Shown here piece by piece: positions 9,636 through 20,319 of a DNA stretch of 64,000 bases; position 1 is the first letter of the stretch, and each line of letters starts with the position of its first letter. Both the position numbers and the translations under genes were made by a program. The DNA is from an uncultured delta proteobacterium (lineage in GTDB: Bacteria > Myxococcota_A > Polyangia > Palsa-1104). The stretch spans positions 256,001-320,000 of the forward strand of contig CAWAWS010000006.1 in NCBI GenBank assembly GCA_963785725.1. The letters are read 5' to 3'. The notes below the pieces were generated by a model, which was given only the letters and a program-made list of their open reading frames with translations, ran no database searches and was not told the DNA's origin.

Positions 9636-10838
9636 ATGGAGTTGGTGGCGCGTTGCGTCAGGCAGCTCGAGGCGGTGGCGCGGTCGGCGATCGCCGCTTG
9701 CGACGGCGGCGCGCGGGTCGCGGCGGCGCTGGCGGGATCGCGCCGGCGTTACGCCGCGGTGTGGGCCGTCGGCAAAGCGGCGGCCTCGATGGCGGCGGCG
9801 GCGGCGCGCGAATCCGGTGACGCGTTCGTCGTCGATGCCACGGTCGCCGGCCACCCGCTGCCGGACGCGCGCAGCGTGGCCGCGGCCGAGCGGCTGCTGG
9901 CGGCGGCGCGCGCCGTGCCGGCCGACGCGCGCGCTCTCTTGCTGCTGTCGGGCGGCGCGTCGTCGCTGGTGGCGGCGCCCGTCGACGGTCTGACGCTCGC
10001 GGATTTGCGGGCGACGACGGCGGCGCTCATGCACGCGGGCGCGCCGATCGGCGACATCAACATCGTGCGCCGTCATCTGACGCGGCTCGGTGGCGGCAAG
10101 CTGGCGGCGGCCTGCGCCGGGGCGCTCGACGTGCTCGCGCTGTCCGATGTCGGCGGCGACGATCCGGCGACCGTCGCGGCGACGATCGGCTCGGGTCCGG
10201 CGTCGCCCGAGCCGGCGTCGCGCGCGGCCGCGTTGGCGATCGCCCGTCGCTGCGCTGCGCCGGCCGCGGCCTTGCGCGCGCTCGACGGCGCGGGCGCCGA
10301 GAATCCGCGCGCCGACCATCCGGCCTTCGCGCGCGGCAGCTATCGCATCCTGGCGTCGCCGCGAACGCTGCTGCAAGAGGCCGTTCGCGCCGCCGCGGCA
10401 GCTGGATTCGCGGTGATCGAACGGTCACACCTCGTCGCCGGTGACGTCGGCGAGCTCGCGGCCGAGCTCGTCCGCGCGACGGCGACGTTGGCGCGCGGCC
10501 AGTGCTTCGTCGCCGTCGGTGAGCCGACCGTGCGCGTCGCCGGCGACGGACGGGGCGGACGCGCGCAGCATCTGGCGTTGACGCTGGTGCCCGCGCTCGA
10601 CGGCGGCGACTGCGCGTTCGTCGCCGTCGGCTCCGACGGTCGCGATGGCCCGACGGACGCAGCCGGCGCCGCCGTCGACGGGCAGACCGCCGCCGCGCTC
10701 GCCGCGCAAGGCCGCGACGTCGCCGCCGCGCTCGCCCGTTGCGACAGCTCCGCCGCGCTCGCTGCCGTCACCACCACGATCGCGAGCTGGCCGACGGGCA
10801 CGAACCTGACCGACTTGTACCTTCTGGCGCGCGCATGA
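9636..10838 (+). CDS. Glycerate kinase type 2 / MOFRL family (DUF4147)
   Basis: VGKAAASMA, GHPLPD, LSGGASSL, LSDVGGDD, GGRAQ, SDGRDGPT, TGTNLTD. Confidence 0.85.
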   Translation: MELVARCVRQLEAVARSAIAACDGGARVAAALAGSRRRYAAVWAVGKAAASMAAAAARESGDAFVVDATVAGHPLPDARSVAAAERLLAAARAVPADARALLLLSGGASSLVAAPVDGLTLADLRATTAALMHAGAPIGDINIVRRHLTRLGGGKLAAACAGALDVLALSDVGGDDPATVAATIGSGPASPEPASRAAALAIARRCAAPAAALRALDGAGAENPRADHPAFARGSYRILASPRTLLQEAVRAAAAAGFAVIERSHLVAGDVGELAAELVRATATLARGQCFVAVGEPTVRVAGDGRGGRAQHLALTLVPALDGGDCAFVAVGSDGRDGPTDAAGAAVDGQTAAALAAQGRDVAAALARCDSSAALAAVTTTIASWPTGTNLTDLYLLARA

Positions 10839-10855
10839 GGTAGTGTTCGCGCCGC

Positions 10856-11699
10856 GTGTGGACCATCCTCCGCGTCTTGACTTGGACCGAGCAGCGCTTC
10901 AACGAGCGTGGCTTGGGAACGCCGCGCCTCGACGCGCAGGTGCTCTTGGCGCACGTGCTGCAAAAAGATCGCGTCTATCTCTACACGCACTTCGATCAGC
11001 CGCTGCAGCCGCCGGAGTTGGCCGCCTATCGCGCGCTCATCCAGCGTCGGCTCGCGGGTGAGCCGGTGGCCTATCTCGTCGGCACCAAGGAGTTTCGTTC
11101 GCTCGAGCTGCACGTCGACGCGCGCGTGCTGGTGCCGCGGCCCGATACCGAGACGCTCGTCGACGTGGCGCTGGCGCTCGTCGGTGACGAAGGGCGCGTG
11201 GTCGACATCGGCACCGGCTCGGGCGCGATCGCGCTGGCGCTCAAGCACGCGCGGCCGGCGTTGGACGTGCTGGCGGTCGATCGCTCGCCGGATGCGGCGA
11301 CGGTGGCGCGTGCGAACGCCGCGCGGCTGGCGCTGGCCGTCGACGTCGTCGAGGGCGATCTGCTGGCGCCGGTCGTGGCGCGCGGGCCGTTCGCGCTCGT
11401 CGTGTCGAACCCGCCGTACATTCCGAGCGGCGACATCGCCGCGCTCGCCGTCGAAGTGCGCAACGAGCCGCGCGCCGCGCTCGACGGCGGTCGCGACGGG
11501 CTCGACTTCGTGCGCCGGCTCATCGTCGACGCGCCGCCGCTGCTCGTGCCCGGCGGTGCGCTGGCGCTCGAGATTCGGCGCCGGCCAAGCGGCGACGGTC
11601 GCCGCGCTCTTCGCCGCCGACGGCCGCTACGATCCTGCCGAAGTCACCAAGGACTTGGGCGGCGTCGAGCGCGTCGTCGCCGCCCGTCTGAAGTCGTAG
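10856..11699 (+). CDS. prmC: Release factor glutamine methyltransferase (apparent +1 indel at ~11575)
   Basis: PRLDAQVLL, RRLAGEPVAY, LVPRPDTETLV, DIGTGSG, SNPPY; C-terminal GAGQA...DLGGVERVV is in a shifted frame. Confidence 0.92.
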
Positions 11700-11806
11700 T
11701 CGCAGTAACAAGTTGTGGCGGCGGCTGCGCGACTCGAAGAATTTGGCGTGAAGGGATGCCGCCTGCCGGCCGGAGATTCGCGGCCGACGCAGGCGATGGC
11801 GAGACT

Positions 11807-13627
11807 TCAGTCGGCCTTGGTCTTATCGGCCGTCGGCTGGCGGCTGACCGCGGCCGGCTGCGCGCGCAGCCATGCCGCCGCGCGCGGACGCGTGAGCGCG
11901 CCCTCGATGTCGTTGACGTAGCGATGCGACAGCTCTTCCATCAGCCCGCGCGCCCGCGGCTCGTCGCCAGCCCGCGCCGTCGCCAGCGCCAACGCCATGC
12001 GCAACGTCGGCCGCGTCGCCGTCGGCAGCTCCGCCGTCGCCGCTTGGTCGTCGCCGTTGCGGGCCGCGATCCAGCCCTTCAACGCCGTCGCCTTCTGCCC
12101 GGCGTGCGCGTCGCCGGCGAGCTTGAGCGCCACGCCCATCTCCTCGGCGCGCGCGTTCGCCAGCTGTCGCTCGCCGATGGCGCCGAGCACCATCGCGCGC
12201 ACGTGCAGCGCCTCCGTCGACAGCCGGCGCCGCTCGGTCTCGGCCATGACCTGCGCCGTCTCCGGCGCCTCCAACGCCTGCCGCGCTTGCCGCAGCGACT
12301 GCCCCGACTCCGACAGCGCGCCGCGATCGAGCTCGACGCGCGCCAGCTCCACGAGCGCGTCCGCTTGATCGCCCGGCCGCTTCGTCTTGCCCGCCAGATC
12401 GGCCTCGGCCGCCAACGCGCGCTCGCAATCGCCGCCGCGCCCGTCGAAGAGCCAGCTGCGCGCCTCGCGCATCGCGCCCTCGTGATGCGTGGCCGGATCG
12501 TCGTTCGCGATCATCGTGGCGTAGGCGCGCCGCGCCTCTTTGCCTTTGCCCGCGAACAACAGCGCGTCGCCCAGCGCCGACTCGGCCACGACGAAGCCGG
12601 GCTCGAGCGTCAACGCGCGCTTGGCCTGCGTCACCGCCTCGTCGACTTCGTTGCGCCGCAAAGCCAGCTGCGACATCAACACCGCGGCGTTGGGCTCTTT
12701 GGGCGCCAGCTCGCCGTAGGTTTTCAGCGCCGCCAGCGCGTCATCCATGCGGTTGTCGTCGGCCAGCGCCAGCGCCAGCATGCCGTACGCGGCCGGATAC
12801 TTGGCGTCGAGCTCGGTCGCCTTCTGCAGATCGGCCACGGCGCCGTCGAGATCGCCGCCCGCCGTCTGCTTGAACACGCCGCGCGCCACCCGCGCGCGCG
12901 CGTCGCCCGGCAGCGTGACCACCAGCTGATCGTAGGCCTTCTTCGCGTCGGCCGTGCGCGCCTGCACCATCGCGCGGTAGCCTTCGATGAACAGCCGCTC
13001 GCCCGCCGACGCCTTCTTCGCCAGCTCCGACGCGCGCGTCAGCTCTTTGACCGCTACATCCGGCGCCACCGCCTGCGCCAACAGATAATGGGCGAACGCC
13101 AGGGTCTCCTCTTTGGCGATGGCGTCACCGCAGCTCTTGCGCGCGCTCGCCATGTGCCGACCGTCGACGGCGTTGGCGCATGTCGTCACCGCCTGCGCGA
13201 CCTCCATGCTGTGCGTCGCCAGCGTCAGTCGCGCCGGTCCCGGCGGCGCCGCGCTCACGACCGGCGGTGGCGCCGGCCGATTCTGCGGCGGCGGATAGCC
13301 CGGCTGCGGCTGCCCGTAGCCCGGTTGCGGCGGCGGATAGCCGTTCTGCGGATAGCCCTGCTGCGACTGTCCGTAGCCTGGTTGCGGCGGCGGATAGCCA
13401 TAGCCCTGCTGCGGCGGCGGATAGCCGTTCGGCTGGGCATTTTGTGGCGGCGGATAGCCGTTTTGCGGATACCCACTCGGTTGCTGCTGCTGCGGACGAT
13501 TCTGCGGCTGCGCGTATCCGGCCGGCGGCGGCTGCGGATACGGCTGCTGCGAATCGCTATTCTGCTGCGCTTGCGCCGACGCGATCGCCGGCAACGCGAG
13601 CGTGAGAGCCAGCCACGACACGCGCAT
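11807..13627 (-). CDS. Secreted TPR protein with N-terminal Q/P/G/Y-rich low-complexity region
   Basis: GGGAGG RBS, signal peptide, GYPPPQ repeats, multiple TPR-like helices. Confidence 0.8.
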   Translation of the reverse strand: MRVSWLALTLALPAIASAQAQQNSDSQQPYPQPPPAGYAQPQNRPQQQQPSGYPQNGYPPPQNAQPNGYPPPQQGYGYPPPQPGYGQSQQGYPQNGYPPPQPGYGQPQPGYPPPQNRPAPPPVVSAAPPGPARLTLATHSMEVAQAVTTCANAVDGRHMASARKSCGDAIAKEETLAFAHYLLAQAVAPDVAVKELTRASELAKKASAGERLFIEGYRAMVQARTADAKKAYDQLVVTLPGDARARVARGVFKQTAGGDLDGAVADLQKATELDAKYPAAYGMLALALADDNRMDDALAALKTYGELAPKEPNAAVLMSQLALRRNEVDEAVTQAKRALTLEPGFVVAESALGDALLFAGKGKEARRAYATMIANDDPATHHEGAMREARSWLFDGRGGDCERALAAEADLAGKTKRPGDQADALVELARVELDRGALSESGQSLRQARQALEAPETAQVMAETERRRLSTEALHVRAMVLGAIGERQLANARAEEMGVALKLAGDAHAGQKATALKGWIAARNGDDQAATAELPTATRPTLRMALALATARAGDEPRARGLMEELSHRYVNDIEGALTRPRAAAWLRAQPAAVSRQPTADKTKAD

Positions 13628-13748
13628 GGTCACCTCCCGTGACGTCGAAGATCCTGAACTACTAGACGACGCTTGGCTACACGCAAGATCACACTGCATA
13701 CAACTGCACTCAAATTTCCCTCCTGCAAGTGGTGACGACGGGCAAACC

Positions 13749-13777
13749 TTGACGCTGCACGCCGGCTGGGGCAGCGT
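13749..13777 (+). promoter_or_regulatory. Sigma-70-like promoter, probably leaderless (TTGACG-17-CAGCGT, 7 nt to GTG)
   Basis: Motif spacing read directly from the sequence. Confidence 0.5.
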
Positions 13778-13784
13778 TTTGCCC

Positions 13785-15305
13785 GTGTCACAGCCTGAAA
13801 ACAACTCTCGCGCCGTCTCCGCTGGACGCGGCCTGCTCTTCATCACCGGCGCCAAGCTGTGGTTCATGGTCGCCGGCTACGTCGTGCAGTTCGCGCTGCC
13901 GCGGGCGCTCGGCTCGCCGGCCAGCTACGGCATCTGGGTCATCGTGCTGAGCGTCCTGTCGCCCGTGAACAACGTCATGGTGACCGCGACGATCCAAGGC
14001 GTCTCGAAATTCACCTCCGAGGTCGAATCGCGGCGGCCGGCGGTTTTACGCGCGGCGTTGAAGCTGCAAGCGCTGCTCGGCGGCGGCGTGGCGCTGGCGC
14101 TGTTCCTGCTCGCGCCGGTCATCGCCAACTTCGAGCACGACCCGTCGCTGACGCCGTATCTGCAGCTGGCGCCGGGCGTCGCCTTGGCCTACTCGATCTA
14201 CGCCGTCTTCGTCGGCGCCGCCAACGGCCGCAAGGAGTTCCAGAAGCAGGCCGGCCTCGACGTCACGTTCTCGACCCTGCGCTGTATCTTCATCGTCGGC
14301 GCCGCCGCGCTCACCCATTCGGCGCTGGCGTCGGTGGGCGGCTTCGTCGGCGCCGCCGTCGTCATCGCCTTCGTCTCCTTCTTCGTCGTCGGCATGGGCG
14401 GCCGCGTCACCGAATCCTTCGATCTCAAGCTGCTCGGCCGCTTCTTCAGCGGCGTCGCCTTCTACTTACTCATCGTCAATTTGCTCATGTTCACCGACGG
14501 CCTCTTGTTGAAGCGCATCGTGTCCGAGTGGGCGACGCAGCGGCAGCTCATCGATCCCGCCGTTTACGCCAACGAGCAGGCCGGCTTCTACGGCGCCGTG
14601 CAGAACATCGCGCGCATCCCGTATCAGCTCATCCTCGCGGTCACGTTCATCATCTTCCCGCTAGTCGCCAAGTCGACGTTCGACGCCGACATCGAGCGCA
14701 CCCGCGGCTACGTCCGCACCACCATGCGCTACTCGCTAGTCGTGGCCGCGCTCATCGCCGCCGCGCTCGCCGCGCGCCCCGACGCGACGCTCAAGCTGTT
14801 CTACAAGCCCGAATACGTCGCCGGCGCGCGCGCCTTGGCGCCTTTGCTCATCGGCTACGTCTTCTTCTCGCTCTTCAACATCGCCGGCACCATCATCAAC
14901 GGCTCCGGCCGCACCCTGCCGACGACGATCATCGGCGTCGTCACGCTCGCCATCACCGTCGCCGCCGAGTGGATCGGCATCCGCTTCGCGCTCGACACCG
15001 GCGCCGATCCGCTCTTCTTCGCCGCCTGCGCCACCGCCGCGGCGATGGGCTTCGGCCTCGTCTTGTCAGGGTTGTACTTGATGCGCGTGTTCGGCGCGTT
15101 CATGCCGCTTCTGACCGTCGTGCGCGTCGCGGTCGCTTACGCCGTCGCCGCCGCCGTCGGCTGGGCTTGGACGCGCAGCGGCTTCATGCCCGGCAAAGTC
15201 GGCACGCTCGTCTCCGCGTCGGTCTGCGGCTTGGCCTTCCTCGTCACCTGCGTCGTCACCGGCGAGCTCAGCCCGTCCGCGCTCAAGCAGCTACGCAAAC
15301 GTTGA
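13785..15305 (+). CDS. Oligosaccharide flippase family (Wzx/MurJ-like, MOP superfamily) protein
   Basis: Many TM helices; [10 protein letters not shown] and QAGFYGAV motifs typical of polysaccharide flippases. Confidence 0.8.
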   Translation: MSQPENNSRAVSAGRGLLFITGAKLWFMVAGYVVQFALPRALGSPASYGIWVIVLSVLSPVNNVMVTATIQGVSKFTSEVESRRPAVLRAALKLQALLGGGVALALFLLAPVIANFEHDPSLTPYLQLAPGVALAYSIYAVFVGAANGRKEFQKQAGLDVTFSTLRCIFIVGAAALTHSALASVGGFVGAAVVIAFVSFFVVGMGGRVTESFDLKLLGRFFSGVAFYLLIVNLLMFTDGLLLKRIVSEWATQRQLIDPAVYANEQAGFYGAVQNIARIPYQLILAVTFIIFPLVAKSTFDADIERTRGYVRTTMRYSLVVAALIAAALAARPDATLKLFYKPEYVAGARALAPLLIGYVFFSLFNIAGTIINGSGRTLPTTIIGVVTLAITVAAEWIGIRFALDTGADPLFFAACATAAAMGFGLVLSGLYLMRVFGAFMPLLTVVRVAVAYAVAAAVGWAWTRSGFMPGKVGTLVSASVCGLAFLVTCVVTGELSPSALKQLRKR

Positions 15306-15306
15306 T

Positions 15307-15849
15307 TCAGTTGGAGGCGGTGACCTCGCGGAGCTTGGCGCGCTGCTCGGCGGTCAAGCTGTGGTGGAAATGCTCGAAGTCGTCGCTGATCTCGACGCTA
15401 CCGACGAGCGTCTCGACGTGGGCGCGATCGAACGGCTCCTGTCCGACGGCCGCCAGCGCGTCCGCCAAGCTCGCCGGCTCGACCCAATTGCGCGCCCGCT
15501 CCATGACTTCGTCGAACAGCTGCTGCTGCCGCTGATTCAGCTCGAGCGCGCCGGCGACGTCTCGGCGCGGCGCCCGCGCGGTCGAACGAACGATCGGGGC
15601 CGCGCCGCCCGACGCGATGTTGCGGCGCAGGCTCGGCACGTCGGCTTCGCGCTGCCAGCGCTGCCACGAGCGCCGGAAACGGCCGCCGCGCGCCGGGAAG
15701 TCGTCGTCGGGCGCGCCGAGATCGATGGGTCCGCCGCGGAAACGACGCCGGCGATGGCAGCCGTCGCCGTGCGCCCACGCGTGATACATGCGCCAGCGGA
15801 ACAGCATTTTGGCGACGAAGATGGTGCTCAAGATGAACAGAATGGTCAT
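15307..15849 (-). CDS. Spy/CpxP-like (LTxxQ motif) protein
   Basis: GGGAGG RBS; N-terminal hydrophobic helix; LELNQRQQQ and HSLTAEQRAKL segments resemble the paired LTxxQ motifs. Confidence 0.6.
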   Translation of the reverse strand: MTILFILSTIFVAKMLFRWRMYHAWAHGDGCHRRRRFRGGPIDLGAPDDDFPARGGRFRRSWQRWQREADVPSLRRNIASGGAAPIVRSTARAPRRDVAGALELNQRQQQLFDEVMERARNWVEPASLADALAAVGQEPFDRAHVETLVGSVEISDDFEHFHHSLTAEQRAKLREVTASN

Positions 15850-15911
15850 GGCGGAAAGCCTCCCTGACACCTCAAGCTGCGACCGCCGCGTAAACGTTAA
15901 ATGCCGCGCGC

Positions 15912-15926
15912 GTAAAGTTTTGTAAA
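15912..15926. promoter_or_regulatory. GTAAA-N5-GTAAA direct repeat (CpxR-box-like, OmpR-family site)
   Basis: GTAAAgttttGTAAA, with another GTAAA at 15890. Confidence 0.45.
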
Positions 15927-15971
15927 TTTCCCAAAAGTTGCGCCGCGACCACATGTCGGTACCGTAGAAGA

Positions 15972-16421
15972 ATGCGGATTCTCCCGTTTCTGCTGCTCGC
16001 CGCCGTGCTTCCCGGCTGTTTGTCGGGCATGGGCTATTCGACCGCCGATCAGGTCCTCAACGCCGCGCGCGAGTACAACCAAGACGTGCGCTGGGGCCGC
16101 TACGATCAGGCCGCCGATCACATCCCGAAGGACGAGCGCGAACGCTACGTAGAGCGACGAACGGCGCTCGAGGACAACCTCGAGATCGCCGACTTCGAGC
16201 TGGTGAACATCGTCATCGACAAGAAGAAGTCGACGGCCGTCGCCCGCGTCGAATACACCTGGACGCTCAAAGACCAAGGAATCGTAAAGAAAACGACGAC
16301 CAAGCAGTCCTGGGAGAAGCAGGGCCAAGCTTGGGTAGTGGCAAAAGAGACGCGTGTTAAGGGGAGCCCACTCGTGCTGTTCGACGAGCCCGCGAAGGAC
16401 CCCGTAAAGACCGCCCAGTAG
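15972..16421 (+). CDS. Hypothetical lipoprotein
   Basis: Lipobox LPG-C; TACCGT 6 nt upstream of the ATG. Confidence 0.8.
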   Translation: MRILPFLLLAAVLPGCLSGMGYSTADQVLNAAREYNQDVRWGRYDQAADHIPKDERERYVERRTALEDNLEIADFELVNIVIDKKKSTAVARVEYTWTLKDQGIVKKTTTKQSWEKQGQAWVVAKETRVKGSPLVLFDEPAKDPVKTAQ

Positions 16422-16455
16422 CTCTTCTTTCCGCTATAATTACGGCCGGTTTCTC

Positions 16456-19400
16456 TTGGCCAACGACTCCCTCGACTTCGTGCAGCGAGGCAAAGTCTCC
16501 ATCGTCCGGCGCCAATACGCCGAGGCCGTGAAGATTTGCCGCCTCGGACTCCTCGGCCAGCCGTCGCTGCTCGAGGGGCGATTGGTGCTGGGCATGGCGT
16601 TGACCGCGCTCGGCCGCTGGGACGAAGTGCTGGCCGAGATGCGCGTGGCGCTCGAGACCGACGCCAACTCGGCGCTGGCGTGGCTGCTCAAAGGCGAAGC
16701 GCTCGTCGGCAAAGGCGATTACGTGCAGGCCGAGGCGACGCTCAAGCGCGCCAAGGAGCTCGATCCGTCGAACAGCAAGGCCGATCAGCTGTTACAAGAA
16801 ATCGCCACGGCGCGCGCGGCCGGCTTCGAAGGGCTGCCGGCGGAGCCGACCGACACCAAGGTTTATCCGGCGCGCGTCTCGGGCGGCACCGATCCCGATC
16901 TCGGCAACGTCATCGTGCCCATGCCGATGGATCGCGGCGAGCTCGTCAAAGTTCCCGACGAATCCGAAGATCCGTCGATCGAATACGACGAGCCCGAAGA
17001 CGCGACCGAGGTCGATCACGACCCGTCGAAGCGCAATCGCGTGCAGAAGAAGCGCGACAAGAACGGCAAGCCGTCGTCGGTGCTGGTCGACTTCAACGAG
17101 AGCGAAGACACCGTCGAGGATTCGCAAGTGGCGACGGAAACGTTCCGCCCGCCGGTGCGCGACAAAGGCATCGGCTTCGACGGGCCGGCGACGGCGACGA
17201 AGGATTTCGGGCGCGCGCCGCCGCGGCCGTCGAAGTCGCACTCGGCGCCGACGGGCGTCGGGCGCAAGTCGGCGCAGCGCGAGGCGGTCGTCGATCCCGA
17301 CCAGAACGAAGAAGACACGCGCGACGAAGAGGACTCGACGCTGACGCCGGCCGAGGTCATGCGCGCGCGCCGTTTACCGTCGCTGGCGAGCGATCATGGG
17401 ACGGGCACGGGCTCGGGACGGCGCGCCGTCGACGATCTGCCCGATCAATCGGAGCCGTCGATTGTCCTCAATTCCAACGATCTCATCGCCGAAGATCCCT
17501 CGCGCGAAGGATTTCCGCGTGGCTTTGCGCCGACGTTCGAGACCGAAGACTCCGAGGACGAGCAGACGCGGCAGCGCCGGCAAAAGCAGGTCGACGAGCA
17601 CGCCGGGACGACGCCGGAGGCGCCGGAGCCGGTGCTGGCGCGGCAGCGGCCGCGCGCGTTCGATCCCATCGGCCGGCCGCAGCCGTCGTTCCCGCGCAAC
17701 TCGCAGGAAGTCGCCACCGAGATGCGCGGCGACGGCGGCGTCTTCAACCAGGCGTACGGCTACGAAGGCGGCAACGGCGAGGAGCCGGGCGTCGTGCGGG
17801 TGCCGGTGTCACGGCGCGCGCCGCGGTCGACCGTGATGGTGCGCGGCAACGAGGATGGCTCGTGGTACGAGCGGCCGCGACGCGGGCTGGCGCTGTTGTT
17901 GACGGCGCTGATCGCGGTCATCGCCGTCGGTGTCGCGACCGGCCTATTGGTGCGCGAGTGGCGCATGCGAGCGCGCGTGGCGCGACGGCACGAGCTGGCG
18001 CGACAGAAGCTGGCGTCGGGCAATTACCCCGGCTTTCAAGCGGCCGAGCTGCTCTATCGCCAGATCCTGGCCGAGCGTGAAGACGGCGAAGCGCGGGCGA
18101 TGCGGGCGCGCGTGCTGGCGCAGATGGCGTTCGAGTTCGGCGACGCGCCCGACCCGGCGCAGCGCGCGGTGGCGACGCTCGGCGACGACGCAGCCTCGAC
18201 CTGCGCCGACAAGAAGCCGGGCTGTGAAGACGCGGCCGAGGCGCGCGTCTACTTGGCGATGGCGCGCGGCGAGCTCGATCGCGCCGAGCGCTTGGCGCAG
18301 GCGCTGCGCCGCAAATTCGCCGACGGCGCGTCGGCCTATCTGGCGGGGCGCGCGGAGTTGCTGCTCGAGCGGCCCGATCCGGCGGGCGACGCGCTGCGGG
18401 CGGCGGCCGACGCCGATCCGCGCAATCCGCTGGTGCTGCACGGCCTCGGCTTGGCTGAAGCGGCGGGGCGTCACGACGAGCGCGCCTTCGACGCCTATCG
18501 CCGCGCGCTCGACGCCAATCCCAACCACATCGCGACCATCGTCGATCGCGCGCTCTTGCAGGTCGATCGCGGCGTCGATCGCGATGCGGCGCGGGTGGCG
18601 CTCGAGAACGTCGTCGGCAAGTTCGGCGGCGATTCGTCGCCGAGTCAGCTGGCGCGCGCGTTCTTGGGGCTGGCCGAGCTCGACTTGGCGCGCGGCGACA
18701 TGGAGCCGGCGCGGCGCGAGCTCAATCAAGCGGCGGCGCGCCGGCGCGAAGGCGACGCCATGCTGTCCGAAGATCTGGCGCAAGCCTTCGCCAACGCCTA
18801 CATGCTCGACGAGGCCGAGCGCGAGGCCAAGCGCGCCATCGCCGCCGCCGGTCGCTTGACGCCGAAGCTGACGCTGGCCGAAGTGGCGCTCCGGCGCGCG
18901 CGGCCGCAGCAGGCGCTGGCGGTCATCGAAGAGGCGGGCACGTCGCGGCCCGAGGCGCTGGTGATGCGCGCGTTGGCGTCGCTGATGCTCGGTCGCAAGG
19001 AGTCGGCGCGGCTCGATGCCGAAGCGGCCTTGCGCGTCGAGCCCGAGCTCGTGACCGCGAAGGTGGCGCTGGCGCGCGTCGACATCGCCGACGGTCATCC
19101 CGAGCGCGCGCAGAAGTCGCTCGACGCGCTCGAGCGCATGCCGCAAAAGACGCCCGAAGTCGCGGCCGCGCTGGGGATGGTCTACGTCGCCGAGAAGGTG
19201 CCCGATCGCGCGTTGTGGTGGTTCAAAGAGGCGCTCAAGCGCGAGCCGCTCGACATCGAGGCGCGGCTCATGCGCGCCAAGCTCTATCACGACGCCGGCC
19301 AGTTCGACGCCGCGCGCGAGGAGCTGAAGCTGGTGTTGGCGACGAACGCCGGTTACGCGCCGGCGCGCCGCGAGCTGGCGCAGCTGGCGCTCGACGCCGG

Positions 19401-20319
19401 CGACGCCGTGGCCGCGCGCGACGAGCTGGACGCGCTGCTCGCCACCGACGACAACGTCGATCTCGACACTTTGTTGACGGCGGTCAAGGCGCATCTGTTG
19501 ATGGGCGACGGCGCGGGCGCCGAAGAGCGCATCGTGCGCGCGCAAAAGCTGCCGACGGCGGTGACGGCGGCCGAGGAGCTCATCAACCTGCAGGGCCGCG
19601 CGCTCTTGGCCGAGCACAAAGCGGCTGACGCGGCGGCCTTCTTGCGCAAGGCGATCCCGCAAGCGACGCATGGCGAGACGGTGGCGACGCTGATGGAGGC
19701 CTATCTCGATCTCGATCAGCCGGACAAGGCGCAGGAAGTCGTCGTGAAATTGGCGCCGTTGAAGACGCGCGGTGGCGTCGAGATCTTGGTGTCGCGGGCG
19801 CGGCTGGCCGTCGAGCGCGGGCACGATTCGGTGGCCGAAGGCTTCGCGCAAGAGGCGCTGGCGCGGCTGCGCGGACCCCGGGCGCCGCGCGCGCTCAAGG
19901 CCGAGGCGTACATGGTGCTCGGTCGCGCGCAGTACGATCAGGGCAATTTCCGCCCGGCGCTGAAGTCGCTCAAGACGGCGACGGAGCTCGATCCGCGGTC
20001 GGCGCGCGCTTGGTATCACCTCTCGCTCGTCGAGGAAGATCTGAAGATGCTGCCCGATGCGCGCGCGGCCATGGAGTCGGCGGTGAAGTGCGATCCGCAG
20101 CTGGCCGAGGCCTACTACTACCTCGGTCGCCTGCGCGCGGCGGCGAGTGACGCGACGTCGGTCGAGGCCTATCAGAAGTACGTGGAGCTGGCGCCCAAAG
20201 GTCCGTTCGCGACCGAAGTGCGGCAGGCGCTCAAGGATGGCCCCACCGTCGCGCCGGCGACTCCGCCCGCGGCTACGCCGACCAATTCTCGGCTTCGAAA
20301 GCTTCGCCGGGGACGATGA
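16456..20319 (+). CDS. Large TPR protein (N-terminal TPRs, acidic disordered linker, TM helix, C-terminal TPR array)
   Basis: 1287-aa ORF with a clear TPR pattern and one hydrophobic helix; TATAAT upstream. Confidence 0.85.
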   Translation: MANDSLDFVQRGKVSIVRRQYAEAVKICRLGLLGQPSLLEGRLVLGMALTALGRWDEVLAEMRVALETDANSALAWLLKGEALVGKGDYVQAEATLKRAKELDPSNSKADQLLQEIATARAAGFEGLPAEPTDTKVYPARVSGGTDPDLGNVIVPMPMDRGELVKVPDESEDPSIEYDEPEDATEVDHDPSKRNRVQKKRDKNGKPSSVLVDFNESEDTVEDSQVATETFRPPVRDKGIGFDGPATATKDFGRAPPRPSKSHSAPTGVGRKSAQREAVVDPDQNEEDTRDEEDSTLTPAEVMRARRLPSLASDHGTGTGSGRRAVDDLPDQSEPSIVLNSNDLIAEDPSREGFPRGFAPTFETEDSEDEQTRQRRQKQVDEHAGTTPEAPEPVLARQRPRAFDPIGRPQPSFPRNSQEVATEMRGDGGVFNQAYGYEGGNGEEPGVVRVPVSRRAPRSTVMVRGNEDGSWYERPRRGLALLLTALIAVIAVGVATGLLVREWRMRARVARRHELARQKLASGNYPGFQAAELLYRQILAEREDGEARAMRARVLAQMAFEFGDAPDPAQRAVATLGDDAASTCADKKPGCEDAAEARVYLAMARGELDRAERLAQALRRKFADGASAYLAGRAELLLERPDPAGDALRAAADADPRNPLVLHGLGLAEAAGRHDERAFDAYRRALDANPNHIATIVDRALLQVDRGVDRDAARVALENVVGKFGGDSSPSQLARAFLGLAELDLARGDMEPARRELNQAAARRREGDAMLSEDLAQAFANAYMLDEAEREAKRAIAAAGRLTPKLTLAEVALRRARPQQALAVIEEAGTSRPEALVMRALASLMLGRKESARLDAEAALRVEPELVTAKVALARVDIADGHPERAQKSLDALERMPQKTPEVAAALGMVYVAEKVPDRALWWFKEALKREPLDIEARLMRAKLYHDAGQFDAAREELKLVLATNAGYAPARRELAQLALDAGDAVAARDELDALLATDDNVDLDTLLTAVKAHLLMGDGAGAEERIVRAQKLPTAVTAAEELINLQGRALLAEHKAADAAAFLRKAIPQATHGETVATLMEAYLDLDQPDKAQEVVVKLAPLKTRGGVEILVSRARLAVERGHDSVAEGFAQEALARLRGPRAPRALKAEAYMVLGRAQYDQGNFRPALKSLKTATELDPRSARAWYHLSLVEEDLKMLPDARAAMESAVKCDPQLAEAYYYLGRLRAAASDATSVEAYQKYVELAPKGPFATEVRQALKDGPTVAPATPPAATPTNSRLRKLRRGR

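Noticed and set aside
10856..13642. 928-aa PrmC fusion ORF
   Set aside because: It is an artefact of the +1 indel at ~11575 reading into the antisense of the TPR gene; the real PrmC C-terminus is in another frame ending at 11699.
13735..13780. c-di-GMP-I (GEMM) riboswitch suggested by GGCAAACC
   Set aside because: The downstream GAAA tetraloop, ACGCAAA and the second hairpin are missing; the region fits a promoter better.
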